The translations under genes and the position numbers were made by a program. From positions 2,636-66,635 of the forward strand of contig CALIGI010000001.1 in assembly GCA_938021205.1 (NCBI GenBank): DNA of 64,000 nt, read 5' to 3'. The notes beneath the pieces are model-generated. The model ran no database searches, was not told the origin of the DNA, and saw nothing but the letters and a program-made list of their open reading frames with translations. The first letter of the stretch is position 1. Each line of letters begins with the position of its first letter. Below are positions 16,381 to 25,650 of the stretch, piece after piece. Source of the stretch: an uncultured Pseudanabaenaceae cyanobacterium (lineage in GTDB: Bacteria > Cyanobacteriota > Cyanobacteriia > PCC-9006 > JAAUQQ01).

Positions 16381-16504
16381 CCTGGGGATAAATCCCCAGG
16401 CTAAGAGCGAAAGCCCACTAAAGTGGGCTGAAATCCAAGATTTTAGGGCTGTTCAGTCCGTTTTAACGGACTTGAGCTTTGAGCTGTGAACTTTAGCTCA
16501 CAGC
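16381..16504. repeat. Array of four different short REP-like hairpins
   Basis: cctgggga-taaa-tccccagg; agcccac-taaa-gtgggct; agtccgtt-tt-aacggact; gctgtga-actttagc-tcacagc. Confidence 0.65.
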
Positions 16505-16597
16505 AGCCAGACGAAGCCAAACTGGCAAGGGTTGAATACAGATCTGTCCATAGAGCTGTTTTACTTAGGATGCTTTATTCCTAGGAAGTCCCTTATC

Positions 16598-17701
16598 CTA
16601 AAGCTTGAGAGTTGCAGTATTGTCGATCGCCCCCTGGTGAATACCAAAACGCTTGAAATAGCCCTGCAACTCTTGTGGAAATTGCTCAAAGTTAAATTCA
16701 CTATCCCCTTGGGCGATGTCTGCCCAGAAGTAACGCAGGTGGGGAGTCAACTTAGCAATTTGGTCTTCTGACAGGTTAAAGGATGAAACAGATAGAAGAT
16801 TGGCCATGAAAGGTGCGGAGCGATCGCCCATCCAGTCCCGCGACTGCTGCTGCAACTCCGGCCAATCAGGTGCACTGCCAATGCGGAAGCTTTCAAAAGA
16901 TAGCGTTGTCTCCACTGCTGATTGTTTGTAATGCAACAGCCGATAAGGGTGGGGATAGCTCACCAGCGAGCCCGTTGTAATTTCAGTCAACCCAGCTTCT
17001 TGGTTTACATCTTGGACATGGAGATGACCCGTAAAGACAAGCTGCACATTGTGTTTTCTAAGAATGGCCTTCAGTCGCTCCGTGTTGCGCAGCAGGTAGC
17101 GCCGCCCCATGGGATGGGTCGCCTGCTCGGGCAAATGCTCTAAGACATTGTGGTGAATCATCAGCCAGGTGGCTTCAAATTCATCCTGTCCCCGACTCAG
17201 CTCCGCCTCTAGCCAATCCAGTTGGGCCTTGTTCAAGCGACCGATCAACTTTCCCTCATCATCGAACTGATTGGAATTAAGCCCAATCAACCGCAGCCTC
17301 GGCACCGGACTGACGCTATACCAAATCTGCGTTGGGTCTGCCTGTCCGCCTGCGCCGTAGCCAAACGACTTATAGAGCTGGGCAAACTCGTGGCTGCCAA
17401 TGCGATCTTCGTCGCCCTCCGGAACTACGACATCATGATTACCTGGAATGACGTAGCAAGGAAAGGGCAGTTGCTTGAGCCTTGCGGAGAGCCACTCGTG
17501 ATTCTCCCGCTCGCCGTGCTGGGTGAGGTCGCCGGGCAGCAGCAGAAAGTCAATGTCAAGCTGGCTGACGTGGCCCAGAACTTGCTCTAGGGCGGGGATG
17601 CTGACTTCGACGAGGTGGAAGCGACTGGGGTGATCCCAAATGGTATGGGGTAGGCCGATGTGGAGGTCGCTGGCGATCGCAAAGCGAATATCTAAGCTCA
17701 T
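16598..17701 (-). CDS. Calcineurin-like metallophosphoesterase
   Basis: Motifs are SDLHIG, PGDLTQHGE, IPGNHD, MIHHN and TGHLH. Confidence 0.8.
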   Translation of the reverse strand: MSLDIRFAIASDLHIGLPHTIWDHPSRFHLVEVSIPALEQVLGHVSQLDIDFLLLPGDLTQHGERENHEWLSARLKQLPFPCYVIPGNHDVVVPEGDEDRIGSHEFAQLYKSFGYGAGGQADPTQIWYSVSPVPRLRLIGLNSNQFDDEGKLIGRLNKAQLDWLEAELSRGQDEFEATWLMIHHNVLEHLPEQATHPMGRRYLLRNTERLKAILRKHNVQLVFTGHLHVQDVNQEAGLTEITTGSLVSYPHPYRLLHYKQSAVETTLSFESFRIGSAPDWPELQQQSRDWMGDRSAPFMANLLSVSSFNLSEDQIAKLTPHLRYFWADIAQGDSEFNFEQFPQELQGYFKRFGIHQGAIDNTATLKL

Positions 17702-17907
17702 GGAATCCGTTCCAATAGGACAAGCGGCGACTCAGCACAGGCACCAGTTCCCTATTGTAATCAGCAGGCAAAATTTGCCCCATTTTCTGTTGTCAGAGCT
17801 AAGCTCTGACAACCTTCTGCCTACATCTCCTGCCGCCCGTATTTAAGAAATAGCCTGAAAAAAGAGTCAAACAAATTCTGAGGCAAGCCAACAAGAATCA
17901 CAAGACA

Positions 17908-18519
17908 TTATGAATTCTGACAAATTTCCTTAGCTTCACGAGCAGCTCGCGAAGGACTGTTATAAGCTCTATTAAAAGTATCTACTGATTGAGCAAGGCA
18001 AGAAGAATCTCCTCCATTATTACAGAACTCTTTACCCTCACGAGCAGCTCGTGAAGGGCTGTTGTAAGCTCCACTCAAAGTATCTACTGATTGAGCAAGA
18101 CAAGAGGAATCTCCTCCATTGTTACAAAACTCTTTACCCTCACGAGCAGCTCGTGAAGGGCTATTGTAAGCTCTACTCAAAGTATCTACTGACTGAGAAA
18201 GGCAAGCAGAATCCCCTCCATTGTTACAAAACTCTTTCCCTTCACGGGCAGCTCGTGAAGGGCTATTGTAAGCCGTGGTCAAAACTTGTATTGCGCTTTT
18301 AATGCACTTAGCCTTAGTTTCTTCGGGCTTTGAATCTGAGGGAAATCCATGTATTCTACATTCGTTAATTGCTCTATCTGTTGAGATTCCAGGAAATTCT
18401 AACTGCCAGGCTCGAACACATTTTTGAAGATTTTCTGCTGACACGGATAGCGCGGGCATAACCACACTCATAGAAATGAATGCAGTGGAAGCAAGCGTTC
18501 GGGCAAACAAGTGATGCAT
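17908..18519 (-). CDS. Secreted tandem-repeat protein (3.4 copies of a 34-aa unit, two Cys per unit), function unknown
   Basis: I chose the start at 18519 (MHHLFARTLASTAFISMSVVMPALSVSA signal-peptide-like, AGGAG 8 nt upstream). The repeat is AYNSPSRAAREGKEFCNNGGDS.CL.QSVDTLS. The gene is AT-rich and lacks HIP1. Confidence 0.65.
   Translation of the reverse strand: MHHLFARTLASTAFISMSVVMPALSVSAENLQKCVRAWQLEFPGISTDRAINECRIHGFPSDSKPEETKAKCIKSAIQVLTTAYNSPSRAAREGKEFCNNGGDSACLSQSVDTLSRAYNSPSRAAREGKEFCNNGGDSSCLAQSVDTLSGAYNSPSRAAREGKEFCNNGGDSSCLAQSVDTFNRAYNSPSRAAREAKEICQNS
17939..18290. repeat. Intragenic 102-bp tandem repeat (units start at 17939, 18041, 18143 and 18245)
   Basis: cgagcagctcgtgaagggct.ttgtaagc... 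recurs with an exact 102-bp period and only a few substitutions. Confidence 0.9.
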
Positions 18520-19042
18520 GTTAACTCCTAATAAAGAATAGAATAGTTCGCTACTACACAAACAGAGTGGAATAAGAAAGAAAGCCCCGAATAATAATCC
18601 CTAGCAGTTCTATACCTCCTAACCTCCAGAACATACAGATACAAAATCTTTCAATGCGAGTCAACACCTAGACATTAATTCAATCTGCAAACCCATCCAA
18701 GGTCATGACACCAAACTAGAGTCTGCATTATTCACCTGAATCAGGAATTTACAAAGAGAGCAAATCATCTATTTAGAAAAGAGTAACAAGCCTTAATTTC
18801 TTTCCTCGTTATAAAATGGGGTTCTAGGGTTTATGCTCCTTTGCTTAGCAATGATATTGTGCTCTCGTTTATAACGATTAAAATTCGGTATAACTTCCCA
18901 AAGAGAGTAATGTGGTGTGCAACTAAGAGCTTTCAAGAGAAGCCTTACCATTGAAATCTATAGCTACTCTACAACAGAGAGCTTTAGCATGGCAAGGTCA
19001 TATTTGATAAAGGTGGACAAGTAGGTAGGTACAATTAATTTG

Positions 19043-19085
19043 AGCCTAAAATCCTTCACTGCAAAGGTTTTAGGCTTTCTCGTTT
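19043..19085 (+). terminator. Orphan intrinsic-terminator-like hairpin inside an ORF-free AT-rich region
   Basis: agcctaaaatcctt-cactgc-aaggttttaggct (13-bp stem with 1 bulge) followed by ttctcgttt. Confidence 0.5.
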
Positions 19086-19606
19086 AACGCTTATTTGCAT
19101 CCACCCACTTAACTCTCCTAACGAGAGAGGCTCTTCGGGAACTACCATGTAAACCCGCTATATCTAGTAGTTTACTGCTCATAAGGGATCACACCTAAAT
19201 TATAGATATAGCGGCTACTACAGCAGCTTTTAGAGAACCATTAGAGAGTGATAGCAGCTGAAATTCTTGTCTTTAATAAAGTTGAGAGAAAGATCCTTTA
19301 CAATCTCTAGAATGCATACCATAAAACATTCAAAGAGTCTGTCTCTCCTTGCAAAAACAGTGTCCAGTAGTAGGACAAACACATGTAATTAGGCTTATGA
19401 TTCAATGATTTTCACCAATAGTTCCCTTTATAATAGGCCTCCCCTAAATACGCTCGCCTAGCCCAAGAATTCAGAGCAGAACTAAATCATGAGGCAGGAC
19501 TCCCAGAGTTGTTAGCCCAAAAACCTTCTCCATTGCGATCATCGCTATGTTCAAATAAAGCTGTACTGCCCTGAGCAGTCATATTCCCTCCAGCTCGCAT
19601 TGTCCA

Positions 19607-19936
19607 ATGGCTAAAGGTCAGCTACGCATTGAACCCAGCAAAATCATCTACCTACTCACCTACCGTAAAGTGGGTGACAAATCTAAAGCGATTGCCCAAG
19701 GCGGTTTCGCCATCACCAACCCCGAAGCCCTACGCGTCGGCATCGAGCGCTTGTTCTGGCAGGGTGAGCTGGTCCCCGATGGAGACGATGGCTATGGCCC
19801 CAAGTACAAAATCACCGGGACAATGCAAGGCACCCTAGGTGAGTCCCTAGACGACGTAACGCTAGCTTTATTGCATCGCCCAGAGGTCGGTATCTACGAT
19901 TTCATCACCTTATTTCTAAAGTCAGGGCGCAAATAA
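19607..19936 (+). CDS. DUF6883-like small protein
   Basis: The pattern KIIYLLTY...GDKSKA...GF...EALRVGIERL...G.KY.ITG...G.......V.L......Y.FITLF fits my memory of DUF6883 family members. It is contiguous with the next ORF (TAA then ATG). Confidence 0.5.
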   Translation: MAKGQLRIEPSKIIYLLTYRKVGDKSKAIAQGGFAITNPEALRVGIERLFWQGELVPDGDDGYGPKYKITGTMQGTLGESLDDVTLALLHRPEVGIYDFITLFLKSGRK

Positions 19937-20152
19937 ATGAACAGCTCCACAGTTCAACTCTTTCAACGAGTTCGCCTAGCGCGTGACCTAGAGCAGTCTT
20001 CTGGTCAACAGGGCTGGACCGGCACAATCATGGACTACCAAGCTGGGAGCGATTACGCCCAGGTCGAGATTGACCCCCGATTCGCACCACAAACGTTTCT
20101 GGGTGTTGCCTTGGCAGATTTGGAATTACTCTCGCTGGAGCCTTCGAAATAG
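19937..20152 (+). CDS. DUF4926-like small protein
   Basis: 71 aa. LFQRVRLARDL...GWTGTIMDY...YAQVEI resembles the DUF4926 family, which commonly follows DUF6883 genes in cyanobacteria. Confidence 0.5.
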   Translation: MNSSTVQLFQRVRLARDLEQSSGQQGWTGTIMDYQAGSDYAQVEIDPRFAPQTFLGVALADLELLSLEPSK

Positions 20153-20283
20153 AAACCCGATTTTTAGCCTCTGTCCCCACCAGCATGGCTATGACAGCTC
20201 AGTCAAAAATTTCTCAGGGCTAATCATCTCAGGGCTAATCGTGGGATGCTAAAGACCGAAATTCTAAACCAGGAGCCCTAGCC

Positions 20284-20919
20284 TTGGCCGTTGTCCGCCG
20301 CGTTCGCCAGCATGTCAACCCCTTCGCCATTAAATACCAGACCCCAGTCACCCCACCGGACTGGAGCCAAATTTTTGATGACCCGACCCGACCCCTCCAC
20401 CTCGACATCGGCTGCGCGCGCGGGCAGTTCCTCCATACTTTTGCTCCCATCGCCCCAGACTGGAACTTCCTCGGCATCGAAATTCGCCAGCCCCTCGTGG
20501 ACTCCGCACTCAAGCAACGGGATGCAGAAGGCACGCGCAACCTACATTTCATCTTCTGCAACATCAACAATTCCCTCTCCCCTCTGCTCAGCTCTTTTCC
20601 TGAGGGCATTCTCCAGCGCGTTAGCATCCAGTTCCCGGACCCCTGGTTTAAGAAGCGCCATCAGAAGCGACGGGTGACCCAGCCAGCCCTGGTACAGCAG
20701 CTAGCGGATGGCTTGCCCAGTGGCGGCATGGTTTTCTTGCAGTCCGATGTTTTGGAGGTGGAGCAGGATATGTGCGATCGCTTCACCGAGAACCCCAATT
20801 TCAAACGCCAAGGCGAAGACTGGCTACCCGAAAATCCCCTATCCGTCCCCACCGAACGGGAGCGAGTCACCCTCGAAAAGGGCCAACCGGTCTACCGCGC
20901 CCTTTACATTCGCCAGTAA
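20284..20919 (+). CDS. trmB: tRNA (guanine-N7)-methyltransferase
   Basis: VRQHVNPF, LDIGCARGQFL, GIEIR and FPDPWFKKRHQKRRV. The apparent start is TTG. Confidence 0.85.
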   Translation: MAVVRRVRQHVNPFAIKYQTPVTPPDWSQIFDDPTRPLHLDIGCARGQFLHTFAPIAPDWNFLGIEIRQPLVDSALKQRDAEGTRNLHFIFCNINNSLSPLLSSFPEGILQRVSIQFPDPWFKKRHQKRRVTQPALVQQLADGLPSGGMVFLQSDVLEVEQDMCDRFTENPNFKRQGEDWLPENPLSVPTERERVTLEKGQPVYRALYIRQ

Positions 20920-21022
20920 ACGCAACGATCTGAGTCGTCGCGAGAAATCGCGTCTCTCCCAAGCGATGGCATAATACCAGCGACCCATTCTTCGAGCGGG
21001 GTAACCTCACCTCAGCCCCTAT

Positions 21023-22435
21023 ATGGAATCTCTCTGGCAAAGCATCACCCTAGCCCGCCTCTCCATTACCCAATGGCAGCGGGGCAGCTGGCTACACCGC
21101 TTCACCGTTGGCCTACTCGAGCCCTGGCGCAATAGCAGCCTACTCAACCACTATGGCGAAGCCCTCGGCACCTTGCTGATCAGCATCGTCCTAGGCCTGG
21201 CTCCCTTTGTGGACAACACCCTCACCGCTGTGCTGTTAATTGCCTGCGGAGGCCTCTGGTTTCTACTGACGATTTCTGACAAACCGGGGCGGGGTCTCAC
21301 GCCCATTCACCTCGTGGTGGCGCTCTATTGGGGATGCATGTTGCTCACCACGGGCTTATCGCCGGTGAAAACAGCTGCCGCCACAGGCCTCGTGAAAGCC
21401 AGCCTCTATTTGGCGCTGTTCTTGCTGGCAGCGAGAGTCTTCCGAAATGGTCGTCTGCGCAACTGGGCTGTGATGGTCTATCTCTTTGTCACCCAAGTGG
21501 TGAGCGTCTACGGTATTCGCCAGCATTTCTTTGGGGCAGATGCCTTGGCAACCTGGGTAGACCCCAATTCTCCCCAGGCCCAAACCACTCGGGTTTATAG
21601 CTACTTGGGGAACCCCAACCTACTGGGTGCTTATCTCATGCCCGGCATTGCCCTCAGCATTGCAGCCTTCTTTATTTGGAAAGGTTTAGGACCCAAAGCT
21701 TTAGCAGTGCTAATGTTCCTAACCAATTCGGCCTGCTTGGTGCTTACTTACAGTCGCGGTGCCTGGATTGGCATGTTGTTGACTCTGGCGACCTTTGCAT
21801 TGCTGCTGCTGGCTTGGTTGAGTGTGAAATTTACACCCTTCTGGCGACGCTGGGCCTTGCCTGCGGTCCTTGGGGCCGGTACAGCCTTTGTCATTGTTGC
21901 CGTCGTGGCGCTGGAGCCTCTACGCACGCGAGTCGCCAGCATGTTTGTGGGGCGTGAAGATAGCAGTAATAACTTCCGCCTCAATGTCTGGTCAGCTGTG
22001 GGAGACATGATCAAAGACCGCCCCTTCTTCGGCATTGGTCCAGGGAATAAGGCATTCAACTCCATTTATCCGCTATATCAACGGCCTCGCTATACAGCGC
22101 TGAGCGCCTATTCCATTTTTCTGGAAACAATTGTTGAGCTCGGATTTGTTGGGTTTGTCGCTTTCATTTGGATGCTGACAGTGATCTTTAACCAGGGCTG
22201 GCGCTCCTTGAAGCTCCTGCGAGACAAAGGCAATCTGCAAGCCTTTTGGTTGATGGGAGCGATCGCCACTCTCCCCGGAGAACTGGGCCAAGGCCTCTTC
22301 GACACCGTCTGGTACCGCCCCGAAATCCAAACCCTCTGGTGGCTCTGCGTTGGCCTCATCGCCAGTTTCTATAGCCCTATCCAGCAGAGTTTCGTGGACA
22401 AAGCGCATGAAAAGGCGCTTTCAACCGCGCGCTAG
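21023..22435 (+). CDS. ictB: IctB-family protein (O-antigen-ligase-like polytopic membrane protein)
   Basis: The N-terminus (WQSITLARLSITQWQRGSWLHRF...WRNSSLL) resembles Synechococcus IctB. It has more than 10 TM segments and an O-antigen ligase-like core (LTYSRGAWIG). Confidence 0.75.
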   Translation: MESLWQSITLARLSITQWQRGSWLHRFTVGLLEPWRNSSLLNHYGEALGTLLISIVLGLAPFVDNTLTAVLLIACGGLWFLLTISDKPGRGLTPIHLVVALYWGCMLLTTGLSPVKTAAATGLVKASLYLALFLLAARVFRNGRLRNWAVMVYLFVTQVVSVYGIRQHFFGADALATWVDPNSPQAQTTRVYSYLGNPNLLGAYLMPGIALSIAAFFIWKGLGPKALAVLMFLTNSACLVLTYSRGAWIGMLLTLATFALLLLAWLSVKFTPFWRRWALPAVLGAGTAFVIVAVVALEPLRTRVASMFVGREDSSNNFRLNVWSAVGDMIKDRPFFGIGPGNKAFNSIYPLYQRPRYTALSAYSIFLETIVELGFVGFVAFIWMLTVIFNQGWRSLKLLRDKGNLQAFWLMGAIATLPGELGQGLFDTVWYRPEIQTLWWLCVGLIASFYSPIQQSFVDKAHEKALSTAR

Positions 22436-22684
22436 CAGGGGATTGTTCTGGCCTACCGAATCGGCCCCTCGGTGAGTCGAGCCAACGATTAGGCAATGTC
22501 GAGGCTGAGACAATCTCCGGGTGACTATCTCAGCATTTCTATAATCAGGAACCTGGCCCTGGCCCCTGGCGTCTTTAAAGGGGATTCCCCCTGTCCCACT
22601 TGGCAAAATTCTCTATTAAGCTGATAATCGCCAAGGCGTTCCGGGAACGCTATATACCTGAAGGTTAAACCTGTCGGCAAATCT

Positions 22685-22975
22685 ATGGCCCTGTCCTCTA
22701 TCAAATTATCTCCTCGGAAAATGGCTCAGCGATCGCTGATGCGCAACAAGGACTTGGACTTCTTGATCCTGACGGGTTGCTCCTGCTTAATTACCTTGCT
22801 ACATCACCCCACCCTGAATCATCTCCAGGGCAATAGCGGCAGCAGCAATGCCAAAACGCCGACACCCACTGGCAACCACCACAGCAGCTCTAGCCCCTCT
22901 CAAAATAGCCTAGGCAGCTACAGCGCAGTGACCCCCAAGCGCCAGAGCTTCACGATTGAAGATGAGGAAGTTTAG
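22685..22975 (+). CDS. Hypothetical low-complexity protein
   Basis: ORF of 96 aa followed by a strong terminator at 23005-23041. There are no recognisable motifs. Confidence 0.3.
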   Translation: MALSSIKLSPRKMAQRSLMRNKDLDFLILTGCSCLITLLHHPTLNHLQGNSGSSNAKTPTPTGNHHSSSSPSQNSLGSYSAVTPKRQSFTIEDEEV

Positions 22976-23004
22976 AACACCAAGCTCTCCATTCCATAAA
23001 TATT

Positions 23005-23041
23005 AAAAGCCCCGTGACTAGACTTTAGTCACGGGGCTTTT
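23005..23041. terminator. Bidirectional intrinsic terminator between convergent genes
   Basis: AAAA-gccccgtgacta-gactt-tagtcacggggc-TTTT. Confidence 0.85.
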
Positions 23042-23099
23042 AATTCTCTATTGAGCTAAGACTGAGGCAGAGCTGCCTCCAATCCTAGCCCAAGCGGAC

Positions 23100-23738
23100 T
23101 TACATCAGAGAAGGCTTATGGCGAATCATGTCCATGAATTCGCGACGCTTCATCTCATCTTCGGCGAAGACACCACGCATGGCGCTGCTAGCCGTCCAAG
23201 AACCAGGCTTCTGCACACCACGCATGGACATGCACATGTGAGTTGCTTCTACGACTACAGCGACACCCTTGGGGTTGAGCGCTTCTTGTAAGCCGTCAGC
23301 GATCTGGCTGGTGAGGCGCTCCTGCACCTGCAAGCGACGGGCAAACATTTCACAAATACGAGCCATCTTAGACAAGCCGATGACTTTACCATCGGGAATG
23401 TAAGCGATGTGGGCTTTGCCGATGATGGGCAAGATGTGGTGCTCACAGGAGCTAAACAGATCAATGTCGCGGACCAAGACCATCTCGTTGGAGTCTTCGT
23501 GGAAGATGGCATTATTGACCACTTCCTCGAGGTTCTTGGTGTAGCCCGATGTCATGAACTGTAAAGCTTTGACCATACGCTTAGGCGTGTCGATTAAGCC
23601 CTCGCGATCTGGATCTTCCCCTAGGCCAATTAGCAAAGTGCGCACGGCTTGTCTCATCTCCTCTTCAGAGACTTTGGACTTTGCTGCAGCCTTAATGGAT
23701 TGGGCTTTAAGTGCGTCAGGAGAAATCGATAGTGTCAT
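23100..23738 (-). CDS. folE: GTP cyclohydrolase I
   Basis: [39 protein letters not shown] and QVQERLT. Confidence 0.92.
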   Translation of the reverse strand: MTLSISPDALKAQSIKAAAKSKVSEEEMRQAVRTLLIGLGEDPDREGLIDTPKRMVKALQFMTSGYTKNLEEVVNNAIFHEDSNEMVLVRDIDLFSSCEHHILPIIGKAHIAYIPDGKVIGLSKMARICEMFARRLQVQERLTSQIADGLQEALNPKGVAVVVEATHMCMSMRGVQKPGSWTASSAMRGVFAEDEMKRREFMDMIRHKPSLM

Positions 23739-24168
23739 TGGTGTTTGTGGTATTTCCGTAGGCTAAGCGTCATGTAGTAACCCAACATGGAGCTTCCCTT
23801 CTAACTAAACCCCATCGACAAGTGAGGGTGGCTTAATGCTGAGCAAACCCATGATGCATCCTGAGATATCTCTTGGGTAAGCCCAGTGGCCTAGGAAAGG
23901 AAGGTTGGTCAGGATTCAGCGGGTCAGGGGCATTGAGCACCCCAGCCATGTATCTCTGAAACTGACTTTCGTAAACAGAAGGAGTCTCGACTCCTTTTCC
24001 CATCGCAGTTTTGCGATGAAAACTTGGTTGCTAGGAGATCAGCTCACCAGCATTTCCCAGGGGCGATCGCATCGACATCTGGGACCTAACTCAAGCGGTG
24101 AAAGGTTTGCTTGGCCAGGCTATAAAACTTGTTTGACTGGGGATTGAGGCAACCAGACCTGGCTTGGG

Positions 24169-24612
24169 CTATACCGCCGCAGCCTCATGGAGGATTAAGG
24201 CTTTCTGCTTCATCATCTGAAAGATGTTGTAGAAGCCGTTAGCGCGGGATGGAGTCAGGCTCACATTCAATCCCGTTTCCTGAATGAAGTCAGGATTAAC
24301 ATCCATAATCTCCTGACTGGGGAGCCCATTAAGCCCCTGAATCAGTAAGGCAACCAGTCCCTTAACAAGCTGAGAATCAGAATCACCCTTGTAAAAGACT
24401 TTGCCATCGTCTAGAGTCGCGGAAATAAAAACCTGGGACACACATCCCTGAACTTTATTATCGGTAACCTTTGAGGCTTCTGGCATAGGTTCGAGTTTCT
24501 GAGCCAGCCAAATCAAAAGCTCATATCGACGCTTGGGGTCGGACTGCCGTTTTAATTTTTGGACCAGCTTATCGAGAGCCGGTGGACGAGATGCATTATT
24601 GTTAGACATCAC
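24169..24612 (-). CDS. sufE: SufE-family cysteine desulfuration protein
   Basis: 147 aa. DPKRRYELLIWLAQKL and the active-site context NKVQGCVSQVFI. Confidence 0.85.
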   Translation of the reverse strand: MMSNNNASRPPALDKLVQKLKRQSDPKRRYELLIWLAQKLEPMPEASKVTDNKVQGCVSQVFISATLDDGKVFYKGDSDSQLVKGLVALLIQGLNGLPSQEIMDVNPDFIQETGLNVSLTPSRANGFYNIFQMMKQKALILHEAAAV

Positions 24613-25208
24613 AAGAATTGCGTGATGAGAAATGGGAGCAGCAAAATATTTTGTGTCCCACCGTCAAGATAAAGGCTGCTAATCTACCCGGCAAGTTCGG
24701 TAAACTCCCTTGCATTTTAGATTCACAGTCTATGAAAGCTGCTAACAAAATTAAGATTATTAGACTCGCACCTGCTCATCGTAACATTTCTAAACCTAAA
24801 GTGGGGTAAGAAGCAGTGAGGAGGCGTTATGAAGACGATTGAAAGACTCACTTGCCCCAGGAGCTTGCGAGAAACCGGAGTGTACTGAAAGTGAATGATT
24901 TTCTCTAATCGTAGAGATATCTCAGGCCTAAGACAGCGCAAGCGGTGTGACAGGGTGTTAACCATTGCACCATCTTCCTGAGTAGGTAGTCTGTGGGAAG
25001 GGCAGACCCACGAAATCGGCTGTATGTCTTGCTATAGCTAGAGTTAGCCGGGTTGAAAGGGCGGCTTTGGAGCCTCTGCAGAGCTACTTATTAATGAGAA
25101 ACTCTTGTATCGTTTTTTCACATGTTTACAAACTGCTTCAGCACTCAATGAATCGGGAAAACTATAGCTAGGATTTCAAAGGAAATTGGCTTAACTCTGT
25201 AGGCACAC

Positions 25209-25346
25209 ATGACAGATCTCAATCGCGGCATTATGAAATTTGACGGGGCCGATAGCCCCGCTGCCATTGTTCTTTCGGCGGTCATCATCCTCGGTGGCAT
25301 TAGCTTGTTGGTCCTGTGGGCCATGCACAGAGCCTATGGAGGTTAG
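25209..25346 (+). CDS. Possible 45-aa single-TM small protein (below the ORF-track cutoff)
   Basis: ATG at 25209. It translates to MTDLNRGIMKFDGADSPAAIVLSAVIILGGISLLVLWAMHRAYGG. There is no clear SD. The two longer track ORFs here look non-coding. Confidence 0.25.
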   Translation: MTDLNRGIMKFDGADSPAAIVLSAVIILGGISLLVLWAMHRAYGG

Positions 25347-25650
25347 GTCCTTATCTCCTTCCAGGAGGCCATTGCTGCTGGAATGGGAGTCTCCCATAAA
25401 CGATGCTGTGCTGCTGCATCTTGGCTCTAAAAAGAAAAACACATCCCGAATCTAGGTTAATAGCCTAGATTGAACGACCAATTTGAAGTCTGCTCGAAGA
25501 AGTGTGTGGCGATGTTCACGCATGGGTCACAGTCTTTCTCGTTGAGTCAGTTCCTCAGGATAAAGTTTGGGGCTAGCTGTAGTTGAAAACATGAAAAGAC
25601 ACCGGGAGCCTGAAAGACCCGGTGTCTTTGCATTACAGTCATTCGGTCTT

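Noticed and set aside
17939-18290. Regular 102-bp repeats here and 113-bp repeats at 13061-13262, considered as possible CRISPR-like arrays.
   Set aside because: The units are contiguous, with no unique spacers of CRISPR size. The 102-bp array is in-frame coding sequence, and no cas genes are present.
23739-23900. Possible THF/folE-type riboswitch in the folE 5' region.
   Set aside because: I could not identify a conserved hairpin or the motif core in the reverse-complemented leader. That riboswitch class is not known to me from cyanobacteria.
24816-24823. Yfr1-like CTCCTCAC motif (minus strand), and a general suspicion of a structured RNA in 24613-25200.
   Set aside because: Only 8 of 11 positions of the Yfr1 core match, and no flanking stem-loops are present. 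I could not match the region to RNase P, tmRNA, SRP, 6S or common riboswitch cores by eye. An Infernal scan would be needed.
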